Of a stretch of 64,000 bases of DNA, positions 39,743 through 49,901 are shown piece by piece. The stretch is from contig OY820579.1 in the NCBI GenBank assembly GCA_963681965.1, positions 320,001-384,000 of the forward strand, in the 5' to 3' direction. Numbering within the stretch: position 1 is the first letter of the stretch; every line of letters begins with the position of its first letter. Origin of the DNA: a bacterium. Lineage in GTDB: Bacteria > Electryoneota > JAOADG01. A program made the translations under genes and the position numbers. Under the pieces are notes generated by a model that did not search any database, was not told the origin of the DNA, and saw only the letters and a list, made by a program, of their open reading frames with translations.

Positions 39743-42700
39743 CTATTGGTTCGGGCTTCTCTGATAGTTGATCACGAAGCGAGCCGATTGAACCGATGGG
39801 TAACCTTCAACGCGACAGGTTACTTCACTATTGGTTTCCAGCGTAGTGGCGTCAAGGAAGATTTCACCAACTGGATTTGCTGCCGCAAGTGATGGACCGC
39901 GACCGCCAATGTATACTGTCGCTGCACCCATTCCGTTCACATCAGTTCGACCTAATGCCGGAATTGTAGGATAGGCAAAGTTACCGGTCCGTTGCTTATT
40001 CACTGGCATGTAGACAACCGGGTTTGTTCCTGCGATCGATTGCGAGTTGTCGGAAGCACGATAGGTCGCTGCATAGTTACCGGTCGATGCTTCATTTGCG
40101 GTCTTAAAGATCTTACCACGTTGGACGTCGAAAATCACTGGAGCACGCGAAATGCGATTTCCATAACCGTCGCGAACGATCGCCCATGCCATATGCGTTG
40201 CTCGGTCAGTTTCCGGATTCGCCGAGAAGAAGAACGTAGACGGCGTGATATTCAACTGCAAGTTGCCACTCTGTAACGGTAATGCAAATGTTATCGAATC
40301 AGAAACTAGTTCATTTAACCCATTACAAATTGCGAACAATTTTAACGTGTCGAATGTTGCTGCCGACTGATATGACAAGCGGGTAAATGCGATACCGTGA
40401 ATACGTTGATTCGTCGGTCCGAGGTTACCAGTTGCCGAGGTATCCAAACCGACTTGTGCTAAGCCAATTTGCGCTACACGGAATTGAACGACCGTCATAT
40501 CGCGAACCGGGTTCGTATACTGATCGCGCACCGTTGCGTTGACCCAAATCGACCACGTTCCGCCGCCTTCTTGCGTTCCATTTTCGTTGTTGACACCAAG
40601 TGTAACTCTTGCTGGCGGTCCAGCAACAATCTGCACTGATGACATTGTTGCCACGATCGAAGTGCGACTGTAATCGTTGTTCAAAACGACGGCTTCAATT
40701 ACAACTGATCCGGATCGAGTACCGGAAGACAAGGTCGCGATTGCTTCACCAGAACCACTGGTTTCAGAAATCGTCGAGTCGACACCAATCTCACCAAAGT
40801 TTGGTTTGAGCGAGGAAGCGGTGTCCCCCTGCAGGAACGAGATGCCATTTGTAATCTTAAACTGAACCATGACGCCGTTGGAAACGGCATTGCCGTTACC
40901 GTCGCGAACGATCGCGTGGATAATCGTATTTTCATTACCACCAGTACCGGCGACTTGAATTAACTGCGATTCCGCAGATAGTGAAAGTACGCGTGGGGTG
41001 GATGCGATCACGTTAAAGGTTAACGTATCGGAAATACCGTTCAGGGTAGTTACCCACCACTTGCCGATACCCGCATTTGCACCGGCAGAAAGCTGTGCGG
41101 TTGCTACGGTATCACCCGGTAACACACCACTGCTGACGATCGTACCAATGCTGGTTCCCCATACTAACTGAGGATTGCGAATTGCATTGTTCGACGTATC
41201 GCGAACAAGTGCGCCAACCGTAGCAGCCGGACCGTTAACAACAAGATTTAACGTGCGTGGTGCTAAGTAAACGTGCGTTGGATTTCCGGGATCGTGCGAA
41301 ATAATGTTGGAACCCGATGAGAAAACGACAGTATGTGTTCCGGCATTTTCTACCCATGCAACCAAGGAGTCTTCGCCAATACCTTCGTTCATTACGAAGA
41401 TGTTGGAAGCGGTACCGTTGATTGTCTTGGTAATTGTATTCTGGAATTGTCCCATTCCGCGTACAACTGCATCGCGAACGTTCCGGTATACTTCCCAGTG
41501 CACTTGAGTGCTATCGTAAGCGTAGTTTCCGTTCGAAAGGAACACGTTTGCACGAACGCTGACCGTATCACGCGGATTTGCCGGGTGGCTTCTGCCACCA
41601 AGAATCTGCAAGGTAATACTTTGGATTGGAAGCAGTTCGCGAATGTGGAACGTTGCCGGTTTCGTGATATTTCCGACGGGATATCGAACGGTCAATATAA
41701 CGCCGTTAGAATCCGGTTCGATTGCTCCACCATCTTTAATATATACAGTGATGGCGCCGTCGAGACCCGTAACCGCAGTCTGAACAATATTTCCATAACG
41801 AGCGGCGAAATTCAACGTCGCATTCGGAATACCCTGATCGAGATAATCCAACAACGATACCGCTACCGGAATTGAATCGCGACCAGTTGAATACAGAATA
41901 TTTCCCGATGGGAAGCGAATTTCAATTCGCGGTACACTGGGCGGAAGATTAACGACCAAGGTGATCGAAGTTGAACTTGAATTGACTTCGTCGGTGCTCA
42001 ATAACCGGATACCATTCGAGCGGAACTGCGAAGGCAATTTTCGTTCAAATGCTGATTTAGTATCTAGATCGGCATTCAAAGGTCCATTCGAGCTGAATGT
42101 AGTCGATTGAGCGATCGCAGCGGTAATTGTCGTTCGACCAGTCATACCGTCACTTGACCATTCAATTGTATCGCGTCCGAAAGTGCTTGTTGCGGTGACG
42201 TACGGGCAAGAACCGGTACCGGCAACGCTTAAGACGATTGGAACGCTCGGAATGACGATATTCGATGAATCGGTGCACCAGATGATAAATTTCTTAAAGA
42301 TCACTTCACCTGGTAATGCATAGATCGAAGTGTCGGAAGGGCTAACCCATGCCAAATGAATATCGGCAGGTAATGTTAACGGGCGAATCTTCAAAATTCC
42401 CGAAGCTTTCGCATTGGCGTTCGACGATGCGAGACCGCGAATGGTTGCGGAAATAAGAACGTTTTCGCTGTATTTGTTCAGGTTATTCCAAACCGATACG
42501 CGCACTTCGCCATTATCATCGGTAGTACCGTATGACATCGATAGTTGCGCATATTGCGATGAATCTACGCGGAAATCGACAATCATCCCCTTGATACCGG
42601 ATGAACGATCATCCAATACACGGGCGATTACGGTAGTAGTGTCGCGTGAACCCTGGCGAGCGATCAAAACGGGCTTACCGAATTCGACTCGGAATGAATT

Positions 42701-43141
42701 GACGGCTTCGTCCAAAATTAGCACTTGAATCGGAACGGTCGTGTAAATTTGCGAATTGGAAACCAACGTCGCAGTTACAGTTATCGTTTCGACCGAGTCG
42801 GGATATACGGTCAGGGTCGCCGTAACTTTACCGGTAGCATCAGTGGTATCGGTGTTATTGTCGGCTGCAATCGACGTAATCGGGTTTTTGTGTTGTGTTA
42901 CCGAGAACTGAACACGTTGACCCTGAACTGCGGCACCGTGATTATCTGTCACTGTGGCAGTAATTGTCGAGGTTGCAATTTGATTTTTGAAACTTGAGAT
43001 GTTATTTGAAATCGTAGCAGTAATATATTGTGGAGTCGCTACGGTTCCACTCTGCCCTGGATTACTGGATGTGTTTCGATCGCAACTTACGAGTAGCAGA
43101 CCGAGCAACAGTATGGGCAGTATTCTCAAAACCCACTTCAT
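39743..43141 (-). CDS. Large lipoprotein with tandem invasin/intimin-type Ig (Big_1-like) domains
   Basis: Lipobox LLVSC; repeated ITATVTD..G..V.GQ.V.F / TD..G.V motifs; RBS GGAGG. Confidence 0.8.
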   Translation of the reverse strand: MKWVLRILPILLLGLLLVSCDRNTSSNPGQSGTVATPQYITATISNNISSFKNQIATSTITATVTDNHGAAVQGQRVQFSVTQHKNPITSIAADNNTDTTDATGKVTATLTVYPDSVETITVTATLVSNSQIYTTVPIQVLILDEAVNSFRVEFGKPVLIARQGSRDTTTVIARVLDDRSSGIKGMIVDFRVDSSQYAQLSMSYGTTDDNGEVRVSVWNNLNKYSENVLISATIRGLASSNANAKASGILKIRPLTLPADIHLAWVSPSDTSIYALPGEVIFKKFIIWCTDSSNIVIPSVPIVLSVAGTGSCPYVTATSTFGRDTIEWSSDGMTGRTTITAAIAQSTTFSSNGPLNADLDTKSAFERKLPSQFRSNGIRLLSTDEVNSSSTSITLVVNLPPSVPRIEIRFPSGNILYSTGRDSIPVAVSLLDYLDQGIPNATLNFAARYGNIVQTAVTGLDGAITVYIKDGGAIEPDSNGVILTVRYPVGNITKPATFHIRELLPIQSITLQILGGRSHPANPRDTVSVRANVFLSNGNYAYDSTQVHWEVYRNVRDAVVRGMGQFQNTITKTINGTASNIFVMNEGIGEDSLVAWVENAGTHTVVFSSGSNIISHDPGNPTHVYLAPRTLNLVVNGPAATVGALVRDTSNNAIRNPQLVWGTSIGTIVSSGVLPGDTVATAQLSAGANAGIGKWWVTTLNGISDTLTFNVIASTPRVLSLSAESQLIQVAGTGGNENTIIHAIVRDGNGNAVSNGVMVQFKITNGISFLQGDTASSLKPNFGEIGVDSTISETSGSGEAIATLSSGTRSGSVVIEAVVLNNDYSRTSIVATMSSVQIVAGPPARVTLGVNNENGTQEGGGTWSIWVNATVRDQYTNPVRDMTVVQFRVAQIGLAQVGLDTSATGNLGPTNQRIHGIAFTRLSYQSAATFDTLKLFAICNGLNELVSDSITFALPLQSGNLQLNITPSTFFFSANPETDRATHMAWAIVRDGYGNRISRAPVIFDVQRGKIFKTANEASTGNYAATYRASDNSQSIAGTNPVVYMPVNKQRTGNFAYPTIPALGRTDVNGMGAATVYIGGRGPSLAAANPVGEIFLDATTLETNSEVTCRVEGYPSVQSARFVINYQRSPNQ

Positions 43142-43333
43142 TGTGTCCTCCAACCTATGCATCGTTACTTTACTAACATCAACGAAATGATTACTCACTT
43201 CGTACCATCTACTCTAATACAACCATATCTAGAACCGGACCTGAGCATTGTTAATTTTACTATTAACAATCGATTCAAACCGACCTCGATTGTGCAAGTT
43301 GAACTTGCGATGTTTTAAAAAAATCTAATTCAA

Positions 43334-44971
43334 TTATTTCGTAACTGTGTAATACGCCAAAGCTAAAGTTGCAATTTGTGACAAGATCAACATCATATCT
43401 TTATATGAGACCCACCAATCGGTATCAGCCGTTTCCGGAATAAAGATGGTATCGCCAGGCTCAATAATTGTCGACGTCGAAGCTTTCAACCATTGACCCG
43501 ATTGGGCTTTTATAATTCTAATTTGACTTGTTTTTGCTTTCGTTGTATATCCACCGGCTTCGTCGATATAGAAACGATATGATTTTTTCGGAGTATATGC
43601 TATCAATCCGGGATTGATAACTTGTCCAAGCACTTTGATCGTAACTTGTTTTTTGGGAAGACGAATAATATCGCCATCCCATAAAATAAAATTACCACCC
43701 AAAATCGAATCGCGACCGCTGATTACTTTGTAATTAACAGCCACCCGTGGTTCGAGATCGCGTCGCTTGGCTTTCATATACTCGTATTCCGACCAACTCA
43801 TTTCGTCTTTTTTCAAACCGTAAAGACGATTGAATTCGGGATCGGGTATCGATAACAAAGAGCGCCTGATAACTTGAATTTCATCGAGATTGGCTCGTGA
43901 AGTCGGTCCACCGGCGGTCATTAAAACATCTTTCAGGGTAACCGTCTTCTCGTCAACCGGATAATCGCCGGGAAAAAAAACTTCGCCTTGAATTGAGACC
44001 GTCGATCTTAACTTTTGGTCGGTTTCGTACGGCACAAAAATTTGATCGTCCGGTAAAATCAAAGGACCTAAGTCGTCAGAATTAATCCAATTTCGATTAA
44101 AAATTTGTGTTTGACGGTTGCCCGATGAATCGATGCGAGATAATTCGATTTTACCCTGTGCATTCGATACAATTCCACCGGATAACCGAATCATTGTCCT
44201 TAATCGATCACCAGCAACAAATCTCGCGACCATTGGTTGTTGAACTGCTCCAAACAACCGAACCACACCTTTACGGCTGCTCCAGTATGGAACGACTAAA
44301 ATGTCGCCATCCTGCAGAAAGGGGTTTCCTTTCAATTCGCCACATTGGTAGAACAATTCGATATCGACCAAAGTGGTGTCGCCGGATCGATGTATCAACC
44401 ACAATCCGCGCAATGGCGCAGCTCGAGGTGGTGTGATAATCGGTCTTCCGTCAGGTGTCGTATCTTTCGGTTCCTCGGAAAAGCGGGGACCTCCCGCCAT
44501 CTCCAATAAATCCGATGTTCGCGATACTGCCGAAACAATGTACCGACCGGGCATATACACCGAACCTGCTAGTGTTACTCGAAACATTCGCGGTTTCGAC
44601 AATCGAACCGAAACAATACCTTTAGCATATCGTTTTTCGGCTTGTTCGCGAATTATTTTCGATGCCTCTGCCAGTGTTTTTCCCGAAACAGCAAACTCGC
44701 CCACCGTTGGTACGTTTGCATAACCCTCGGGATTGATATAAATCGGCAAAGCCGTTTCCAGCACTCCAATGATGAACATATACATTTCATCACCGGGACC
44801 GATTATATACACATTGGGATCGATCGGACCTTCAAACGCCGATTGCAATGTCAAATAGCGTGTATCGGAAACAGCGCTTTTCGCCTTCGCAGTATCCAAT
44901 ACTTCCATCGCGGATACCCATGTAACGAAACAAACCGTCAACAAGAATGCTAATATTGTGATTCGTTTCAT
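43334..44971 (-). CDS. Polysaccharide export protein with multiple SLBB domains (Wza/KpsD-like)
   Basis: YIIGPGD, INPEG...PTVG, GSVYMPG, GEVFFPG, GQVINPG, IDEAGG, C-terminal helix. Confidence 0.85.
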   Translation of the reverse strand: MKRITILAFLLTVCFVTWVSAMEVLDTAKAKSAVSDTRYLTLQSAFEGPIDPNVYIIGPGDEMYMFIIGVLETALPIYINPEGYANVPTVGEFAVSGKTLAEASKIIREQAEKRYAKGIVSVRLSKPRMFRVTLAGSVYMPGRYIVSAVSRTSDLLEMAGGPRFSEEPKDTTPDGRPIITPPRAAPLRGLWLIHRSGDTTLVDIELFYQCGELKGNPFLQDGDILVVPYWSSRKGVVRLFGAVQQPMVARFVAGDRLRTMIRLSGGIVSNAQGKIELSRIDSSGNRQTQIFNRNWINSDDLGPLILPDDQIFVPYETDQKLRSTVSIQGEVFFPGDYPVDEKTVTLKDVLMTAGGPTSRANLDEIQVIRRSLLSIPDPEFNRLYGLKKDEMSWSEYEYMKAKRRDLEPRVAVNYKVISGRDSILGGNFILWDGDIIRLPKKQVTIKVLGQVINPGLIAYTPKKSYRFYIDEAGGYTTKAKTSQIRIIKAQSGQWLKASTSTIIEPGDTIFIPETADTDWWVSYKDMMLILSQIATLALAYYTVTK

Positions 44972-44994
44972 GGGTATCCGTTACAAACTAATAA

Positions 44995-46371
44995 TTACCG
45001 ATTTTCTTCCGCGACAGTCTTCACAATACGCGATTCGGTCGGATCATCTAAATCTTTGCCGGACTTAATGATTCGGTCGGATTCTTTAAATTTAACCTGA
45101 CCTTCCTTTAAAATCGTCGGCGTGACTTCGATGATCATATCCGTCTTCTTCATCGTCTCGTAGTTGTGCGAGAACAAACCGCCAAAATACGGCAGATCGC
45201 CTAACAACGGGACTTTGTTTTTCGTCTTATTGCGCTTGATGCCAAGTAAACCACCGATAACGATCGTTTCGCCATCTTTCGCTCGAATGGTTGTTTCGGC
45301 TTTGCGTTGAACAGTCCACGGAATGTCTTGGTTTCGTCCAATGAAAGAGAAAATCGACGATACTTCAGCAGAAATCGAAGTAGTTACGTATCCATCGGAA
45401 TTGATTTTCGGTGTAATGCTAAGAATAACACCAATCTTTTCGCGTTCAAGCGTAACCGTCGGAACAGTGGTCACCGCATTTGCTTGTTGCGGATTGAACT
45501 GCTGTTGGGTCGTTGAATACAGATACGGGAATACGTCCACACTCTGAATTGTTGCCGGACGACCGTTCATAGTAGCAACTTGAGTATTCGACAAAATGTC
45601 GGCCTTATTGTTGCTAAGTAGCCAATCGACCGCGAAGTCAAAAATTGGTTGCTGACGGTAGAATACTCCGAAATTGTCCAAGCGGTCCATTTTCATCGAT
45701 GTCCCGGTACCTTCGGCAATTTGGAATTTAACCGGAGTCAAACGACCCCAGTCAACGCCGACTTTTTCTTCGTCGTCTACGCCAACTTCGATCACTCGAG
45801 CCGACAACATGATTTGTTGTGCCGGTTCATCGATGCTATCGACTAGTTGACGAATTTCTGCGATCACTTTTGGCGACGCAATAATTAACAGCTTTCCACT
45901 CGAACTATCGACAGTCACTGTAGCTTTCATCTGCTTCAGCATTTCGGAAGTTCGCTGCGGATCGGCATATTTTAACGCCAACACGTAGCTGGTTAAACCG
46001 GCATCGGACTTGATGAATTCCGGTTTGGCTACGAGAAAGCTGCTGCCAACTAATTCGTAAGAGAGACCGACGGCACGAACGACGAGGTTCATCGCCTCTT
46101 CGATCGGTGCATCTTTCAGCTTAATTGTCAGCTTTTCAGTTTTCGAGACGCCGGGTCCGGTGACGATATTATACCCCGATTTCTCAGCTAGAATAGCCAA
46201 TACCGTAGGTAGATAAGCGTCGTCAGCATCCAGCGTAATTCGCTGGTTTAGCCGGGCGGAAGCCGGTTTGGTGTCGCTCGGCTGGGCGAAAACAGCGACC
46301 GACAACACAAGACCGATTAGGATACCGACAACAACTGTCCGGTTTACCCGACGGAATATACCATTTCTCAT
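44995..46371 (-). CDS. pilQ: Secretin (PilQ/GspD family), short form
   Basis: LKYAD, QIMLSARVIEV, ITPKIN, GETIVIGGL, KVPLLGDLPYFGGLF. Confidence 0.88.
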   Translation of the reverse strand: MRNGIFRRVNRTVVVGILIGLVLSVAVFAQPSDTKPASARLNQRITLDADDAYLPTVLAILAEKSGYNIVTGPGVSKTEKLTIKLKDAPIEEAMNLVVRAVGLSYELVGSSFLVAKPEFIKSDAGLTSYVLALKYADPQRTSEMLKQMKATVTVDSSSGKLLIIASPKVIAEIRQLVDSIDEPAQQIMLSARVIEVGVDDEEKVGVDWGRLTPVKFQIAEGTGTSMKMDRLDNFGVFYRQQPIFDFAVDWLLSNNKADILSNTQVATMNGRPATIQSVDVFPYLYSTTQQQFNPQQANAVTTVPTVTLEREKIGVILSITPKINSDGYVTTSISAEVSSIFSFIGRNQDIPWTVQRKAETTIRAKDGETIVIGGLLGIKRNKTKNKVPLLGDLPYFGGLFSHNYETMKKTDMIIEVTPTILKEGQVKFKESDRIIKSGKDLDDPTESRIVKTVAEENR

Positions 46372-46514
46372 GTGTGCTCCGACTCGTTTGCTTGCTTTGT
46401 ACTTCAAAAAATTCTGGAACTATCGTAGTAAAGGCGCAATCCAATACTCTAACTTATCCGCCATAATCACGTCGGTTCTAACCTAATCACCGCCCGATAC
46501 TACACAGAACTAAC

Positions 46515-47084
46515 TTAATAATTAATTTTTGGACCATTTGCGGACTGGTACAACATTTCCTGTTCGATAATGGTTTCAGGAGACAATTGATTGCTCAATG
46601 TGATCTTCTGTCCACCACTCTCCAACACCAACGTTCGAACCGAGATCGCTCCAACTTTATAACTGTTGTATGAATCACCTGGCTTCACGACTGTGGATCG
46701 TCCACCAAGTTTAATCACACCGTAGCGGATACCATCTTCAGCGACCAAGGTCGCACAAAGACGCATCTTGTTGTTTTCTTCGAGCGTTTCCTTCACTCCG
46801 AGTTTCTGGAGAAATGCTCGCGTTCGAACGACTTGAATCAGATCCAATGGATCGCGGTCGCCCTGTTTGTACACTAAGTCCATACGTTCGCGAAGATCGG
46901 ATTCCAATTTCGCGACTTGTTTCTGCAACCGTGGATCGCTACCGACTACCGACAACACGTCGTTTTCAGTCTTGAATGCTTTGATCCGTTGCGTAATTTT
47001 ATAAGTATTGTATCCACCGTAACCAATCATACCGAACAGGATGACGATCAGTAACAGCCACAGCAGACGTTCACGGCCTTTCAT
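46515..47084 (-). CDS. PilP-like protein (positional call)
   Basis: N-terminal TM, RDPL motif, C-terminal VVKPGDSY..YKV..I; lies between pilO and pilQ. Confidence 0.6.
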   Translation of the reverse strand: MKGRERLLWLLLIVILFGMIGYGGYNTYKITQRIKAFKTENDVLSVVGSDPRLQKQVAKLESDLRERMDLVYKQGDRDPLDLIQVVRTRAFLQKLGVKETLEENNKMRLCATLVAEDGIRYGVIKLGGRSTVVKPGDSYNSYKVGAISVRTLVLESGGQKITLSNQLSPETIIEQEMLYQSANGPKINY

Positions 47085-47102
47085 TCTCTCGTCTCCTTTC
47101 GC

Positions 47103-47669
47103 TTACGCCTGTGATTTCTTCTTGATCAGAGTCAGAGTCGAAATCTTGAGCTGTATGGTTCTAGTGTCGATTCGTCCGCCCGATTTCATTCGTTGCGCGA
47201 CTTTCTTCACATCGTTATCAAGGTCATAATCTTCAACCGTGATCAACCGTTCGGATTTTTCGACCGTATTGACGAATTGTCCAAACTGACGGTAGGAGCA
47301 ATTGATTACCAGATTGTAAGGCGTTCTGACGTAATCCGGTTTGGTAATTTTCTTGCCCGGTTCAAGCTTCAACAATTCAATTTTATTCTGTCGAAGCAAG
47401 TCGGTCATATAATTCATGAACGCAAGGTTGGCATCTTCAGCGAGACTATCAGTCGCCGATGTCGCCAAATTTTGTTCGATCAGTTTGGAAACCAGATCGA
47501 GTTCGCGAGCAAGAATTTCAGCCGAGATCAATTTCTCGTTAAGATCGCGCAACCGTTTCGCCTTTTCGGCGAGTACTGCCGGTCGTTTGGGGTACGCGAA
47601 GGTATAATGATACCAGAAACCGGCACCGAAACCGAAAGCAATGATAAAAGCGACGATGAGTTTTTTCAT
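47103..47669 (-). CDS. pilO: Type IV pilus PilO-like protein
   Basis: TM + coiled coil; CSYRQFGQFVNTVEKSERLITV. Confidence 0.75.
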   Translation of the reverse strand: MKKLIVAFIIAFGFGAGFWYHYTFAYPKRPAVLAEKAKRLRDLNEKLISAEILARELDLVSKLIEQNLATSATDSLAEDANLAFMNYMTDLLRQNKIELLKLEPGKKITKPDYVRTPYNLVINCSYRQFGQFVNTVEKSERLITVEDYDLDNDVKKVAQRMKSGGRIDTRTIQLKISTLTLIKKKSQA

Positions 47670-47672
47670 GGC

Positions 47673-48341
47673 TTATCCCTTCACCGGCGTAGCTGGCGCA
47701 GCGCCGCTCTTTCCACCGATCGTCGACTCGATCCCGGACGCACGTTTCACGACTTTGTTCTTCGAAGCAGGATCGGGTTCCAACGATGCGACCAACGCGA
47801 TCGTTAAAATATCCTGTTCATCGACGGTCAGTCGTCGCGACTCGGTAAACTGGATCTTCTTGAAGTCGGAGAAAAAGTTTTCGGAGTTGCGCAAATGATC
47901 GATCAATGCCGCAACCTTGTCGAATTCTTTCTCTTCCCTCTTGATCTGGCTGATCGAATTGATTCGTAATTGACGATTGTGGTAGAACAAGCCGGTCACC
48001 GCCATATCACGAGGAAGTACTTCGGCGACTGCCATCAATTTCTTCGTCCACATTACTCTTTCTTTATCGACCTTAGCTAAGTTTTCGACGTCGTCTCTAC
48101 TAACCTGCATGCCTTCTTTGGCAAGCTCTTCAAGTCGACGTTGAACATCGCGGATTCTCGAATCGCGGAATTTCTCGATATCGGTCAACGCATCGATTTG
48201 ACGCACGTTGAGATACGCGATGACGGCTAACAAAATCGTTAGAACGCCTAGCAACATCCAGTCGGTACGATTGCGGCGTCTTGCCGCACGTTCCGCAGCG
48301 CCCTCGCTTTTATTGAGGTTAATCGCAAATGAACGAACCAT
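47673..48341 (-). CDS. pilN: Type IV pilus PilN-like protein
   Basis: INL motif, TM, W...L..VLP; follows pilM. Confidence 0.75.
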   Translation of the reverse strand: MVRSFAINLNKSEGAAERAARRRNRTDWMLLGVLTILLAVIAYLNVRQIDALTDIEKFRDSRIRDVQRRLEELAKEGMQVSRDDVENLAKVDKERVMWTKKLMAVAEVLPRDMAVTGLFYHNRQLRINSISQIKREEKEFDKVAALIDHLRNSENFFSDFKKIQFTESRRLTVDEQDILTIALVASLEPDPASKNKVVKRASGIESTIGGKSGAAPATPVKG

Positions 48342-48344
48342 TTA

Positions 48345-49409
48345 TCAGTCTCCGCGCAATGCTAAACCTAATGCCGCAGCGTACTGCGGAGCTTCATCCG
48401 GTGGAATAGCTTCGCCGCCGTCGATTTGCTCGAAGGGGTTCCACTTGATCACCGGTACATTGTATTTCGAATGAAGATATTCCGCCATATCCTTCAAACG
48501 TGCACCGCCACCCGTCATGTAAAACATGCGGATATCGCTCATTCCGGTCTCCTTGACATAATAACGCAACGAGCGATTAACTTCGTCGCGCATTTGGTCG
48601 AAGGCGGAACGCTGAGCGAGTTCGATGCTCTTGATCTCGGCGGTTTGCTTCAACGGTCGGTCGATATTCATTCCCTTGGTAATCTTTTCGGCTTCGGCTT
48701 CAGCCCAAGTCAGACCGTATTTTGCAGACAGTTCGTCGTTATACGTATTACCTGCAACCGGAATGTCGCGGGTAAAGAATAACGATTTACGTCCAACTAC
48801 GGACAGACTGGTATGTCGCGCACCGACATGAAGGAATACGTTGACTCCTTCATCGGGAAGCTCGTTCAACAGCATCCAACTGTTGATCGATGTGAGTGCT
48901 TCAAGATCGATGATACCGGGTTTGAATTCGAGATCGCGTAAAATTTCGAGATGTGCGTCGTACATTTTACGCGTTGTCGCAGCGAGCAGCACGCGTACCT
49001 TGTCCGGTTCGGTAATATCGTCGCCGAGTATTTGATAATCGACTACGGTCTCCGATCCGTCCAACGGTATGTGTTTTCGCGCTTCCGACAACATCGCAGA
49101 GGACATCTCCTCTTCCGACATATTGATCGTCTTGATCTCTTTCGCGGCGACGTTACCACCGCTGATGCAGGAGGCAAGCGACTTTACGCGCTTCGGGACG
49201 ATGCGAAGTTCTTGAAAAGCCTCAACCAGTTTTGGAAGTACGACCGACTTTTTCGGTCCTTCATTATCATATACTTCGGTACCGGTATATAGAGGAATAA
49301 TCTTCGCGATACCAAGTCGATATCGATTACCCGCTTTTTCAGCGGACACCAGCTTGATGCTGTGTGAACCGATATCCAACCCTAATCGCTGTGACGTTTT
49401 GTAAATCAT
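48345..49409 (-). CDS. pilM: Type IV pilus actin-like protein PilM
   Basis: GLDIGSHSIK, EARKHIP, TGGGA, NPF, ALGLALR. Confidence 0.92.
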   Translation of the reverse strand: MIYKTSQRLGLDIGSHSIKLVSAEKAGNRYRLGIAKIIPLYTGTEVYDNEGPKKSVVLPKLVEAFQELRIVPKRVKSLASCISGGNVAAKEIKTINMSEEEMSSAMLSEARKHIPLDGSETVVDYQILGDDITEPDKVRVLLAATTRKMYDAHLEILRDLEFKPGIIDLEALTSINSWMLLNELPDEGVNVFLHVGARHTSLSVVGRKSLFFTRDIPVAGNTYNDELSAKYGLTWAEAEAEKITKGMNIDRPLKQTAEIKSIELAQRSAFDQMRDEVNRSLRYYVKETGMSDIRMFYMTGGGARLKDMAEYLHSKYNVPVIKWNPFEQIDGGEAIPPDEAPQYAAALGLALRGD

Positions 49410-49901
49410 TCGATGCTTTGCCTCCCACTCATAAACGATCGGCTCGCGGCAAAAGCGTGTGATCACGCACACGTAATATACACAAAAAAAGCGGCGCTAC
49501 AAGCTTTCGAGAACGCTTGCTCGCCGGGCGATGAGAAATTAAACTTGCTGACGGAAACAAACTGCCAGAGAAAGGAGTAGAAATTTTATCCGTTGAAAAT
49601 ACCAATGTAATCCTCGTGCCAGATAACGGTGCCAAAAAAATTCGGCTAGTAAAATTAACTAAATACTATAATAACAAATATAAGAATCCTCTCCTTCGCA
49701 TCATTTCGCCATCATCAAGTTTAAATCACAGAATGACAAGCAATTAAGATACTTAATAGATACTTGCCACGCAACATTCTCAAATGACAGTTGTCAATAT
49801 TTTTTCGAGTTTCTCCGATCAGTTCTAAAAACTAATCGGAGAAAACCGCTTTCTTATATCAAGACAACCAAGTGTCAATCAAAGACTTGTACATCCGCTT
49901 G

